Positions 22,790-37,007 of a stretch of DNA of 64,000 nucleotides are shown here, in pieces (position 1 is the stretch's first letter; each line of letters opens with the position of its first letter). The notes under the pieces are model-generated. The model did no database searches, was not told where the DNA came from, and saw only the letters and a list, made by a program, of their open reading frames with translations. Made by a program: the position numbers and the translations under genes. Location: assembly GCF_036588685.1 (NCBI RefSeq), contig NC_086380.1, forward strand, positions 75,826,001 to 75,890,000, in the 5' to 3' direction. The stretch comes from Mytilus trossulus. Its lineage: Eukaryota.

Positions 22790-25700
22790 TTTAATAATCG
22801 CTTTTTATTTGCGGTTACGAGGAAATAATATTCGGAGAAAAATAAGTAAAGTCCAAACAAAGACAAAATAAACAAAAAATAATATAAAAATTGAGAATAA
22901 AAGTGGAAAAAATAAATACAAATAGCGTACATAAATAGCACGCACAATCAAACAATACAAGCAAACAAATGTTAAACAAGTATTTACAAAGTCTTCGAAA
23001 AAAAGATAAAAAAATCAAAGTAGAAATGAACAATTTAAACTCATTTACAAAGAAAAATAAAATACCACAAAAAACAACACAATTCATCTGCACTCAAAAT
23101 ATTTAAATTGTTACTTTAATTTATAAACCACATTTATTCTGGATTTGTATTCAGTATCTGTTGTATAGTAGTATCATGTTTGGTGAAAATCAATTTTTTT
23201 TACCACATACAATGGGAGATCAAGCGTGCGTGTACGAGGTTATACTGTCGGATTTGTCTGGCGTCAACTTTGTTCCGAAAGATCTATGAAACAATATGAC
23301 GATTATGGTCGCACTCATTTACCCGATTCTGGATTATATTATAATGGTATGTATGCTCTGCAAACTAATCAATCTTTTCCTACCTTATCAGACAATTATG
23401 ATACCGTAAACTCGGATGAATATTATCACGGATTGCCAAATTATTCAACACAAGTATCGATTGAAAACATAAAATCACTATCAAATGAACATATACAAAA
23501 CGGTATAGATGAAGAAAACGTGTGTGTCAAGTGTACTTTAATTTTAGTTTCTTGTGTACAATTTGGAAATTAGTATGGCGTTCATTATCACTGAACTAGC
23601 ATATATTTGTTCAGGGGCCAGCTGAAGGACACCTCCGGGTGCGGGAATTTCTCGTTACATTGACGACCTGTGGGTGACCTTCTGCTGTTGTTTTTTGTAT
23701 GGTCGGGTTGTTGTCTCTTTGATACATTCCCCATTTCCATTCTCAATTTTATGTGTGTTAATTTGTGTTTTGCTATTCCTTGTAGTTGTCATTCTATTGT
23801 ATTCAACGACATAATTAATGTTATATTAATTGATATCAAATAAGGTAATAATACGATGATAATCAAATGGTTGCCTACGCGAAATGTGCGTAATTTTTAT
23901 TTTCATTTTTTGTGTGTTATTTGACAGAAGATAACATTCAAAACCAAGGAGTAAACGAAGACTCACAAAACCAAAAGACGTTTACATCAACAGTTATAAA
24001 TAATAAATAAATAAAAACACGAAATCCACTAAAAACATATGACGTGGTGCTGTACTTAAATATCCCGTCTTTTACATTGTGTTATTGTGCTATTGTAAAT
24101 GTTTTGTATTCCTGTCTTTCATTTTGTTTATGTGTCATATGTGCTTTGTTTACATGTCTTTTTTGTTTCTTTGTTACTTTTTGTAATATCATAGTGATAA
24201 AGATTATAACCCAATGTTGAATGCTATACCACTATTTTGATATTTTAACCTATGATGTCTGTTTTTTTCACTCATTGTTGTCAATATGATATATATTATC
24301 TGCATAAGAATATACCTGTACCAAGGCAGGAATTTGACAGTTGTTATCCATTCATTTGATGTGTTTAAGCTTTTGTTTTTTTCCCATTTGATTAGGGTCT
24401 TTCTGTTTTAACGTTTGCATTTTCATGGGAGTTCAGTATTTTTGCGATTTTCTTTTTACATGTAAAATTGTAAGATGTCGGCCGAAGAATGCCAATACGA
24501 TCAGTTTTCACATTACATATGATTTGTAAAAAACATTTTTTACTAAACCGAATAAATGACGGGTTATATTTTGTTTACTTCTGTAGCATATACATATCGG
24601 TGAGGTATATACATTTAATGATTTGGAACATCGCCAGTTTGTCAGTTTGTCAGTTTAGTGAACATGTTGAATTGTTAAAAATTTTAAAACCGGATATTGA
24701 AAAAGATAACATCGTATTCACATACATTGGGAGGAGTATTATTAAAATTTAAAAGTAAATAAACTTGAAAGATATTGTGCTTTTTTAGATGCACATTGAC
24801 ACTTGAATAATTCAGTCAGTAGTCTCCTTTCAAATTGAAATGCTAGGATTGCGAAGACTTCAATTGAATACTTTTGAAGCTAGATATCTTATTATATTTA
24901 TTGAATAAAACTATAGTACAAACGTTTGAATATAAATTTCTCAGTGGATTATTGTAAACAACTTTTCATACTGTATATTTTGGTATTTATTACTTTTTAA
25001 TTTCAATAAAACATTTTTTGTTGGTTATATATTTTGTTGATTTTCGGAAAGTAACTATAGAACATTATAGACGTATGGATATGTAAAGTTATTATGCACA
25101 AACCCACGATGAAAAGTAATAATCTGTACAAAATGATAACATGTTCATGGCATATATGTGTACAGAGCCACTTCATATGTATCATAGAAGCACAAAAGGG
25201 TACATGAACAAAGCACATTAGCAAAAATGAAAGCCAAGAATACGAGCATTACCATAGAACAATAACACAATAACAGGTGTACAAGTGCCGAGCTACGTCA
25301 AATGAATATCAACAAAAACAGACTAAACATAAAATTATTATTAATAAATATATATAAAAAATAGTATACAATCTCAACTTCATGACCAACTAGTATTTGT
25401 GAAGTTGATACGGAATATTTATCAACAAGGTCGATGAACCTTTTTAGAAAAAATACAAGACGTTCTTTGATATACTCCTGGTTTATCAACTTTCTTCTCA
25501 GATACTTGTGACGTTTTACAAAGTCTGAGTAAGAGTTGTAAGATCCTGGATATCAAATAATTTAAAAAATGTTTATCTCATATGCAGGTGGCGTTGGTAT
25601 ATTGCTACTAAGGTGGGGAAATTGATAATTTTAAAATCAAAATCGTCTCCTTTGCCATAGATTATGGTACTGAAATGATCGTGTATATCAATTCCGAGAA

Positions 25701-25880
25701 ATATGTCTAAAAATGAGGTGGAGGAAGTCGACTCTGTTTTTACTTAAACTGCAAGTTTTATGGTATATATCAATGGAATCCAATCAGAAAAGTTTGGATT
25801 GTTATTGTAAAGAACCTTCATCTGTTATTGAAGTTTGTAATTGTATGTCAAGCATGCCATAAAACTATACACCTGCAATG
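22790..25880. repeat. Intergenic spacer segmentally duplicated at about 41400-45200 (partial homology at 14565-15300 and near 50415)
   Basis: Long collinear similarity, for example GCGGTTACGARGAAATAATATTCGGAGAAAAATAAG and GATGTCGGCCGAAGAATGCCAA, differing by lineage-specific insertions and deletions. Confidence 0.9.
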
Positions 25881-28800
25881 TCTCAAATAATATTTGAGTA
25901 TTTAATCGAATTCATTTGTTTGTAGTTAAGATACTGTTTTGAAATAAAAAAAAAAAAAACCAAACAACTAATATCATTCCATATTATTCACGATCCGATT
26001 GCGACACTTGACCACCTAACTTTATTTTTATGCCATCGACGTATCAAAGAGTATTACATTTTACAATTGTACGTTTTACGTCCTTGCGTCCAATTTTTTA
26101 AAAATTTCGTTCATTTATTATAGTTTGCATCATTCAAGTGTTAGAACATCATTAATATTTATTAGTGAAATTAAATGATCTGGCTTCTTTGTTTTTTGTT
26201 TTGTTTTGACAAGTGTCTGAAGGATCTCCGATTCGTATGAAAATAAGAAGAGGTCGGAAAGGAGAGCGCATAGTTCGTTCCCATAGGATAGACGACAATT
26301 TGTTGAACAAGTCTACCTCCAAATAAAATAGATGTCAAAAGAAAACTGGCTACGTTTATTTCCGCTCTTTTTTTTAACGCTACTTGAATATTTTTAATAG
26401 TTTATTGGCTTTTTTGAAATTTGTCTGTCTTTGACCTTGTCTGTTACTAAAGTTTGTAATTGTATGTTTATCAATTCGTTTTAATGACAAATGAAAAAAA
26501 CATATCGTAAAATGAATATAAAATCTACCTATGCTATTAAAAATCATGATATCTTTTTTTCTGCACTCAACATGCTTAATGATCATATGGACCCTTTGGC
26601 TTCACTTCCAATTTTACTCTGAATACAGACAAACCTGTGCAACTGGAAAAAGATAAATAAAATTAAAATATATAGTATGTTTTAAAAAATTCAAAACTTA
26701 ATTGGATTTTGCAGTCAACATGAACCTTAATAGAAAAAAATATTATAAGCTGTCTGTGTCAATATTCCTGTGCAGCCGGCATAATTATATATTGTTATCA
26801 TCATTACAATTTTTCTATATACAACTCTAGTAATAAATAGTTTGATTTAAATATTGAAACTTCATATTTCATGATTTAAAATGTATTTAAATTGTGTGTT
26901 TATTTTTAACCAAGAAGTGTGCTTATTTTGTTAACAGCGCCACGTAGTGTATAAATCATCATACATCACACAGGTGTTTTACTGTTGTCTTCAAGAACCA
27001 GAATTACAAGTTAAACAGTAGAACCGTCGTGGTTTTATTCTTAATTAGAAGCTTAACGAAAATAAATCAGGTATGTAATCTAATTTTGTAATATTTTTTT
27101 TTATGAAGAGCTAAACTAGCTTAGGTAGATACCGTTAAAACCGAAAGTAAATATTTTATCAATCCTTTGTTAAACACTTTATTCCGTTTATGTTAAGATA
27201 GTCACATGTTACTTTAAAAATATTCTTTTTAGTAAATAAATTAATTTGGTTTCAAATGGATATCATTCTTTCTTTGATTCTTCTTTATGTAATCGATATT
27301 CAGGCAAAAATCACTGTTAAGAAAGTGCGAATCGTATCTTCAATAAGATTTGTGTATTGAATCGAATTTATTTATTTGTAGTTAAGATACTGTGTTAGAG
27401 CATCATCAATGTTAATTTGTGAAATTTAATGACCCGGCTTCTTTGATATTCTTGTTTTGACAAGTGTCTGAAGGATCTCCGATTCGTACGAAAATAAGAA
27501 GAGGTCGACAAGAAGAAGCACATATTTCGTTCCCATAGGATTGACGACAATTTGTTAAACAAGTCTACCTCCAAATTAAATACATATGTAGTCAAAAGAA
27601 AACTGGCTACGTTTATTTACGCTCTTTCTATGAACGCTCTTTGGATATTTTTAAAAGTTTATTGGCTTTTTTTAAATTTGTCTGTCTTTGACCTTGTCTT
27701 TGACCTTGTCTTGACCTTGTCTTTGACCTTGTATGTTACTGACGTTTGTAATTGTATGTCTATGATTTCGTATTAATGACAAATGAAAAAATAAGGGCGT
27801 AGAATGAAAATCTACCTATGTTATTAAAAATCATGATATCTTTTTTTCTGCACTCAACATGCTTAATGTTCATATGGACCCTTCGGCTTTACTTCCAATT
27901 TTACTCTGAGTACAGACAAACCTGTGTATATGGAAAAAGATAAATAAAATTAAAATATATAGTTTGTTTTAAAAAATTCAAAACTTAAATGGATTTTGCT
28001 GTCCACATGAACCTTGATAACAAAATATTGTAAGCTGTCTGTGTCAATAAATCCGTAAGAATATAAAACCGAAAAATATTCCTGTGCAGCCGGCATAATT
28101 ATATATTGTTATCATCATTACAATTTTTCTATATACAACTCTAGCAATAAATAGTTTGATTTAAATATTGAAACTTCATATTTCATGATTTAAAATGTAT
28201 TTAAATTGTGTGTTTATTTTTAACCAGGAAGTGTGCTTATTTTGTTAACAGCGCCACGTAGTGTATAAATCATCATACATCACACAGGTGTTTCACTGTT
28301 GTCTTCAAGAACCAGAATTACAAGTTAAACAGTAGAACCGTCGTGGTTTTATTCTTAATTAGAAGCTTTACGAAAATTAATCAGGTATGTAATCTAATTT
28401 TGTAATATTTTTTTTTATGAAGATCTAAACTAGCTTAGGTAGATACCGTTAAAACCGAAAGTAAATATTTAAAAAATCCTCTGTTTATTCCGTTTATGTT
28501 AAGATAGTCACATGCTACTTTAAAAATATTCTGTTTTGTAAATAAACTTATTTGGTTTCAAATGGATATCTTTCTTTCTCTGATTCTTCTTTATGATATC
28601 GATATTCAGGCAAAAATCACTGTTAAGAAAGTGCGAATCGTATCTTCAATAAGATTTGTGTATTGAATCGAATTCATTTATTTGTAGTTAAGATACTGTT
28701 TTGAAATAAAAGAAATAAAGCAAACAAATAATATAATACCATACTATTCACGATCCGAGTGCGACGCTTGACCACCGAACTTTGTTTTTTTTTTATGTCA

Positions 28801-31800
28801 TCGACGTATCGGGGAGTATTACATTTTACAGTTATACGTCTCTACGTCATTGCGTCCAACAGATATTTTCGTTCGCTTATTTTTAGTTTGCATCATCCAA
28901 GTGTTAGAGCATCATCAATATTAATTTGTGAAATTTAATGACCCGGCTTCTTTGATATTCCTGTTTTGACAAGTGTCTGAAGGATCGCCGATTCGTACGA
29001 AAATAAGAAGAGGTCGACAAGAAGAAGCGCATAGTTCGTTCTCTTGGGAATGACGCAATTTGTTAAACAAGTCTACCTCCAAATTAAATACATATGTAGT
29101 CAAAAGAAAACTGGCTACGTTTATTTACGCTCTTTCTTTGAACGCTACTTGGATATTTTTAAAAGTTTATTGGCTTTTTTTAAATTTGTCTGTCTTTGAC
29201 CTTGTCTTTGACCTTGTCTTTGACCTTGTCTTTGACCTTGTCTTTGACCTTGTATGTTACTGAAGTTTGTAATTGTATGTCTATGATTTCGTATTAATGA
29301 CAAATGAATAAATAATAGCGTAGAATGAAAATCTACCTATGTTATTAAAAATCATGATATCTTTTTTTCTGCACTCAACATGCTTAATGTTCATATGGAC
29401 CCTTCGGCTTCACTTCCAATTTTACTCTGAGTACAGACAAACCTGTGTATCTGGAAAAAGATAAATAAAATTAAAATATATAAACGTTACGCTCAATGTT
29501 GGTGACGTTTTCTGATTTCAAGTACCTCTGACCAATAATCAGCTTAAAATAAGAAAAATACCGGGAATATCAAATGTTTTTTTGTGTTAAAATCTTTGGA
29601 GCACTTAAAACATTATTTTTACGGTGGCTCATTAGTTTTTATTAACTTTTGTCAATAAGCTTTTCAAAAACAAACTAGACAAATCATATGTTTTTGCGTG
29701 TAGACGGGTAACATACTAATATTGTTTTTGAGGGTTCCTCCTAATTTTGGATACCCACAAGTAAATAAAATATAAAAATTGTATACTAGTTGGAAGAGGA
29801 ACGTTAGGTCTTTGTGATGTCATATTTGTATAACTCAATTGACACCATTTTCGAATCGAGTAGACCTTGGAAAAAGCCATTTCAGCTTGTAGACACTGAA
29901 GGAAAAATATAAGCCCTTTGCGGCATAACAGATGAGAATCGATCGATAGCGAGATTATTTTTCATCAAAGTCTTTATATCAAATATCATTACGTAAAACA
30001 AACTTGGAAAATGCTTTAAAAACATTGATTCCCAACGAATTCAATGAGAACGTCGACATCATAATCAAAATCAAAGCCCCGAAAAACACTGTCACAACAA
30101 CGTTTAAAAAAACATGCTCTACTTGAAATTATCAATACCGAGTAAAAATATGTAAAGCATGTTATCTTGTCAGAAAATACTACATATCCGGTAATATAGA
30201 ACATCTGAACCGCATTTATTCATATCGCAGTCTCTTTTTTAGCATTACATAAAATCATATTTTGCATATGAGTCCCCACAGGGCTCCCGTCACAAAACTT
30301 TTACCTAACGTTTAACGTTAGTAATTTCGATGGTTTTTAAAGAAAACGAAGAAAAAAAATTGTGCATTTTAAAACGGAGAAATGAAGCCAATATGATAAA
30401 TTCCGAATAAAAAAGAAACGGTAGTATGCATTCGTTTATATTTTTGTCAATTTATTTCGATTACTAATGTATTGGAAGAGTGTCTACCAAAATGTCACAA
30501 AAATGGCATCTTCAATTTTTTCCTAAAATACTGGAAACAAGTTGTTACAAATCTTTAGAAATAAGTGAAAACTGTATAATTAAGAAGAAGATTTAAGCGA
30601 TAATCGGAAATTCTCAAACCGAAGGAACATTTCAATATAAATAGGATAAAGATTAATGTACAAATTATCAAAATACAGTGGTCACATGGTGGTCTACCAA
30701 AATGTCACAGCGTCGCTTATTTTGACGTTTTTGACGTTCACCATTACATGTAACCGTTTTTTGCATTATTGCGTTTTTGAAACGTATTTATTTTATTATA
30801 AAAACATCTAAAACTTAAATTCGGAATAAACGATTTATTTCAAATGGTTTTTTTTTCTTTCATGTCATTTTTTGTTAAAGCTAATGAAACCGAAACCCAA
30901 CAACAACAAAATTATACATGTATTCAAAATTAATATCTTCAGTGGAGATAATCGCCTCAAAGTACAACTAGCATATCATACATACTGGATATTCGTATCA
31001 ATCAAAGTATTGAGTAAGAAAGTTGAACGTTGTATTATACATTATTGTGTTATTACATACATGTATACGAATACAGACACACGGACAAATATCGATATGT
31101 AAACAATCAAATACGGAGATGTTATACATACAGCTAATTGGATATTAATATTTCAAAACATAGCGGTGTTAGGTATTTTTAAGTTGACTTGTCCAATAGT
31201 AAGACTTAAGTTCTAATGACGAAGACACATGCAATTTTACGCCATTCATTGGTATCCTAGTAAAATCTGTAGCCGAATTTGGATATACACAAATAATTAT
31301 GAATTATTTTGAAAGTTGTCATAGAAAGGGTCCACAGTATGCTGAAGGTGGACTTTTGAAAAACCAAGCAGATATTGTCGTTATATACACGGACAATTTC
31401 AGATATGTTCGGATGTATAACTGTTTCAATTCACGCAGTCACGATTAACAACACCATGGTCATATGCTTGCAAACGAAGGATTTTTAAATATGTAGAAGA
31501 AATTCCTATTGAGATAGACAATCATTTAAACCAATAAAGGGTATACGGACCATACATCGAGTAGAAACAAAAAATCTACAAACGGTACTAGTTCGAACCG
31601 TTTTGTGTTATTGCGACGGGTGCCTTGAGCGTGACTATTGTTTGTTTACTGATTCTAGTTGGCATTTCGTTGGAAGTCAAAGTAGACCGGTCAAATTTTT
31701 GCAGTTGTATGTGATGAGGAGGAAAATGTTCTATTCCTCCTTATAGCTGCATCGGGGAGTCATAATTATGTTATCAGGAGAAGAAACTAATGAGTGGAGG

Positions 31801-34800
31801 TCAACTTTCGGCATTCTTTTTATTTAGGGGTCACACCACTTATAGAGCATTACTAATATATTTAAAAACCCCAAATCTTTCCTTAACCAATATACCTTAC
31901 CGTAACACTCGCCCTAACTATAAAACCTAACCCTTACCTAAAATTTCCTCTGACCTAACAATTACAATGAATATGAACCCTACCTCTAAAGTATAGGGAC
32001 CCTTAAAGTAAAAGAAGGCCCAACTTTCCCTGAAGGAAGATTAATGGACATTATTTCATAAAAAAAAAACCATCACGGTTTACAGGACAGTCTTTGGAAA
32101 AATCAAAAAGCAATTGTCCGAAGAGCTTCCGTATTGAATTTGTATGTATGCCAAGACAATATTTGAAAAGAAATACGCTCGTTTTAACCGAAGAAGAGAA
32201 TAAAAATATTTTGGAATGTGTTAATTTATGTTAACTGCTTCATTAATAATCATTTGACATTTATATTGTGTCACGGCTTCGTAATGTGTCACGACATAGG
32301 ATGAGAGCACTACATCCTGTGCCGTGACATTACGTTAGTGTCATGTGATTTTCCTCGAGTAAATAAAATTGAGAATGGAAAAGGGAATGTATCAAAGAGA
32401 CAACCACCCGACCATAGGAAAAACAACAGCAGAAGGTTATCAACAGGTCTCAAATTTAACGAGAAATTCCCGCACCCTGAGGCGTCCCGTTTTCAGCTGG
32501 CCCCTAAAGTTTTCAATTTTGCATTTCTCTTAAATATCACAAACAAAGTACATTTAATACAAGATTTATCTATCGCGAGAAAAAAGATAAATTACGCGTC
32601 ATACATTTCTAAATCCCTTCTCTTAATATCAATTGGAGAAATAAAATAAAATAAAAAAAATCTTCAATGTAATAGATATTATTGCTTTGGACAATATTGG
32701 ATCAATAGAGAGAAAATCACATGACACTAAAGTACATCTTTACTTAAATTGTATTCTAAGGAACAGAAAATCATTTCGTTGAGAAATAAAGAATGTGGCA
32801 AATGAGAACAATTAAATAAGACATCATCAACGACAAAAACAGGTAAATGAGAGAGAGAAAAAAATAAATACAAAACAAATACAGAACAAAGTAAAACATA
32901 AAATATACAATTGAGAATTGAAACGGGATATGTCAACAACCCGACGAATTAAAGAGAAGACAGCAGTCGAAGGCCACCAATGCAGTGATAAATTCCTGCA
33001 CCCGGAGGCAAGCCTTTTATAACCACCCCATTCCCAATAAATTCAAACTTGACAATAAAATACTGCTATTGTAGAATTTTGACAGATATTAAAGTCTTAC
33101 AATCATTGAAAATACGCAGACGCTAATTTGTTTAACTACTTTGAGGTTGATATAAAAAAAAATTATACCGGACCTCCCTACAACCATATTTAAAGTTAGA
33201 ATAAAAAGATCATGATTAAAAAAAATCTAAAATTGTAAAGCGTTTCTCCTCTTCAGTACTATTTTCAAAATAAAAAAAATCTTGTTTTTTTTCAACCAGT
33301 AAAAATTATTTTAAAACAAATTGTGCATGAATGCATACGCGTGGCTTTGAATGTAGCATAAATCCCACAATTGATTTTCCGTCCTTTTCACAAAACACCA
33401 TACGCATTGATCTTATATTTCCTTTGTCAAGAGGTCACCTGGCACAAACCAATATCTCCTTTCATTAACTGAAAACCAAGTGTCTAACGAATATACTGGA
33501 CGTCAATATTACAAAACGTCTATATAATATGATTTTGACGTTAACATACGACGTTACCAAAAATGACACCAACATCGAGCGTAACGTCATAGTTTGTTTT
33601 AAAAAAATCAAAACTTAAATGGATTTTGCAGTCCACATGAACCTTGATGAAAAAAATATTGTAAGCTGTCTGTGTCAATAAATCCCTAAGAATATAAAAC
33701 CGAAAAATATTCCTCTGCAGCCGGCATAATTATATATTGTTATCATCATAACAATTTTTCTATATACAACTCTAGCAATAAATAGTTTGATTTAAATATT
33801 GAAACTTCATATTTCATGATTTACAATGTATTTAAATTGTGTGTTTATTTTTAACCAGGAAGTGTGCTCATTTTGTTAACAGCGCCACATAGTGTATAAA
33901 TCATCATACATCACACAGGTGTTTTACTGTTGTCTTCAAGAACCAGAATTACTAGTTAAACAGTAGAACCGTCGTGGTTTTATTCCTAATTAGAAGCTTT
34001 ACGAAAATTAATCAGGTATGTAATCTAATTTTGTAATATTTTTTTTATGAAGAGCTAAACTAGCTTAGGTAGATTCCGTTAAAACCGAAAGTAAATATTT
34101 TATCAATCCTTTGTTTATTCCGTTTATGTTAAGATAGTCACATGTTACTTTAAAAATATTCTGTTTTGTAAATAAATTAACTTGGTTTCAAATGGATATC
34201 TTTCTTTCTCTGATTCTTCTTTATGTAATCGATATTTAGGCAAAAATCACTGTTAAGAAAGTGCGAATCGTATCTTCAATAAGATTTGTGTATTGAATCG
34301 AATTCATTTATTTGTAGTTAAGATACTGTTTTGAAATAAAAGAAATAAAGCAAACGAATAATATAATACCATACTATTCACGATCCGAGTGCGACACTTG
34401 ACCACCGAACCTTTTTTTTTTTTTATGTCATCGACGTATCGGGGAGTATTACATTTTACAATTGTACGTCTCTACGTCCTTGCGTCCAACAAATATTTTC
34501 GTTAACTTATTTTTAGTTTGCATCATCCAAGTGTTAGAGCATCATCAATATTAATTTGTGAAATTTAATGACCCGGCTTCTTTGATATTCTTGTTTTGAC
34601 AAGTGTCTGAAGGATCGCCGATTCGTACGAAAATAAGAAGAGATCGGCAAGAAGAAGGGCATATTTCGTTCCCATAGGATTGACGACAATTTGTTGAACA
34701 AGTCTACCTCCAAATAAAATAGATATATTGTCAAAAGAAAACTTGCTACGTTTATTAACGCTCTTTCTTTGAACGCTACTTGGATATTTTAAAAAGTTTA

Positions 34801-35773
34801 TTGGTTTTTTTTGAAATTTTTCTGTCTTTTACCATGTCTTTGACCTTGTCTTTGAGCTTGTCTGTTACTGAAGTTTCTAATTGTATGTCAATGATTTCGT
34901 ATTAATGACAAATGAAAAAATAATAGCGTAGAATGAATATAAAATCTACCTATGTTATTAAAAATCATGATATCTTTTTTTCTGCACTCAACATGCTTAA
35001 TGTTCATATGGACCCTTCGGCTTCACTTCCAATTTTACTCTGAGTACAGACAAACCTGTGCATCTGGAAAAAAGATAAGTAAAATCAAAATATATATTAT
35101 GTTTTAAAAAAATCAAAACTTAACTGGATTTTGCAGTCCACATGAACCTTGATAGAAAAAATATTATAAGCTGTCTGTGTCAATAAATCCCTAAGAATAT
35201 AAAACCGAAAAATATTCCTGAGCAGGCGGCATAATTATATATTGTTTTTATCATTACAATTTTTCTATATTCAACTCTAGCAATAAATAGTTTGATTTAA
35301 ATATTGAAACTTCATATTTCCTGATTTAAAATGTATTTAAATTGTGTGTTTATTTTTAACCAGGAAGTGTGCTTATTTTGTTAACAGCGCCACGTAGTGT
35401 TTAAAATCATCATACATCACACATGTGTTGTCTTCAAGAACCAGAATTACAAGTTAAACAGTAGAACCGTCGTGGTTTTATTCTTAATTAGAAGTTTTAC
35501 GCAAATTAATCAGGTATGTAATCTAATTTTGTAATAATTTTTTTTATGAAGAGCTAAACTAGCTTAGGTAGATACCGTTAAAACCGAAAGTAAATATTTT
35601 AACAATCCTTTTTTTTATTCCGTTTATGTTAAGATAGTCACATGTTACTTTAAAAGTATTCTGTTTTGTAAATAAATTAATTTGGTTTCAAATGGATATC
35701 TTTCTTTCACTGATTCTTCTTTATGTAATCGATATTCAGGCAAAAATCACTGTTAAGAAAGTGCGAATCGTAT
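25880..35773 (+). repeat. Tandem array 2: four copies of the ~1.5-kb unit upstream of TRIM copy 2, the third interrupted by a 4.1-kb transposon
   Basis: Units start at about 25880, 27337, 28643 and 34273; donor sites CAG|GTATGT at 27071, 28385, 34016 and 35514. Confidence 0.92.
29483..33588 (+). mobile_element. Decayed TIR DNA transposon with a Sola2-like transposase remnant
   Basis: 28-bp TIRs ACGTTACGCTCRATGTTGGTGWCRTTTT (3 mismatches), ATA duplicated on both sides, empty site in sister units. Remnant at about 31270-31390, EFGYTQIIMNYFESCHRKGPQYAEGGLLKNQAD, resembles the H-G-K-G-x-x-D-x-x-GG motif I associate with Sola2. The boundaries are solid; the superfamily is tentative. Confidence 0.75.
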
Positions 35774-37007
35774 CTATGTTAGGAAAGTGCGAATCGTTTA
35801 AATGATCGATATCGCTTGTTGTAGGGTATATATTTTATTTTTATAAAATATAGGTAGATTGTAGTTATTAGAAAAGAGGGTCGAAAGATACCAGTGGGAC
35901 AGTTAAACGTTCAACTGACAACGCCATGACTAAAACAGAGACATAATATCAGACAAATAACAGAACACAATACACATGATACCCAAAATAGAAAACTAAA
36001 AACAAAGTAACACAAACCCGACCAAACATTTGGGGTGATCTCAGGTGGTCCAAAAAGGTGAGCAAATCCTGCTCCACAATATCAAATGTTCGGAATGATA
36101 TACACAATGGTTAGTACCACAATATACTGATATACTTTGATTTGCGTAGTGAATACATTACAATTAGCATTATTAGGAAAAGGATCAAATCATTAGAATA
36201 TGCTTATTGCCAATTTTACTAGGTAAATTATGTCTGTTGTCTATTTTATTCCTTTTCTGTTCTGGTTGAAAGACAATAACAATCAAAACCAAGGAGTAAA
36301 CAAAGTCTCACAAAACCAAACGACATTTACTTCAACAGTTATAAATAATAAATAAGAAACAACACGAACTCCAATAAAAAATGGGAGTAAAAACAGGTGT
36401 TCCGGAAGGATAAGCATTTCCTGCACCGTATACGGCACCCGTCGTGTTATTTCTTTGTTCAGTTCGGTAATGATGAAAAGTTATTATGACTGAGGAACAT
36501 TATCACCCCATATTTATTGGTATTTGTACAATGTAGTTATAAGAAGATGTGGAATGAGTTTTCATTAGCTTGATTAGACAACTTTCCATCCAAGTCACAA
36601 TTTGTAATAGTAAACCATTATAGGTCAATGCACGGTCTTCAACACGGTGGCGTTGCTCACACTTAACCGTTAGCACCAAAAGGCCCCTAAAAGGCTAGTT
36701 TACCTTGTTTTCAAACATGCAACACTTACATTTATGCATGTTTGAGTTTTTGTGTATTTAATGTCGCAGTTGAATATACCGAACATCTCCAAAATGTGAC
36801 TATGGATGGTTTGACTCTGGTAGTTTAAGTCATATATCATTTCGATTAATTACAAAAAAAAATGAGATTACGTTTAAATTCTAGGTTGTCAAATGTTAAT
36901 TGCTTATACTGCTTAGAAAAACTTGTATACAATACAGAACACGAAGAAAAATCTTTTGATTTAAAGTATTATAAAACCACACCTCTCATTTTTTTAGAAG
37001 TTTTCTT

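Noticed and set aside
22815-23093. Hydrophobic Phe/Leu-rich ORFs (also 41365-41703 and 49752-49979) as membrane proteins
   Set aside because: They are antisense translations of A-rich low-complexity spacer DNA, and the reading frame is not conserved between paralogous blocks.
36862-37007. N-terminal extension of the 597-aa ORF as the genuine start of copy 2
   Set aside because: It reads through the predicted intron and acceptor; the orthologous ATG is at 37008 and the extension exists only because of the 2-bp deletion. Kept as a finding rather than as the gene model.
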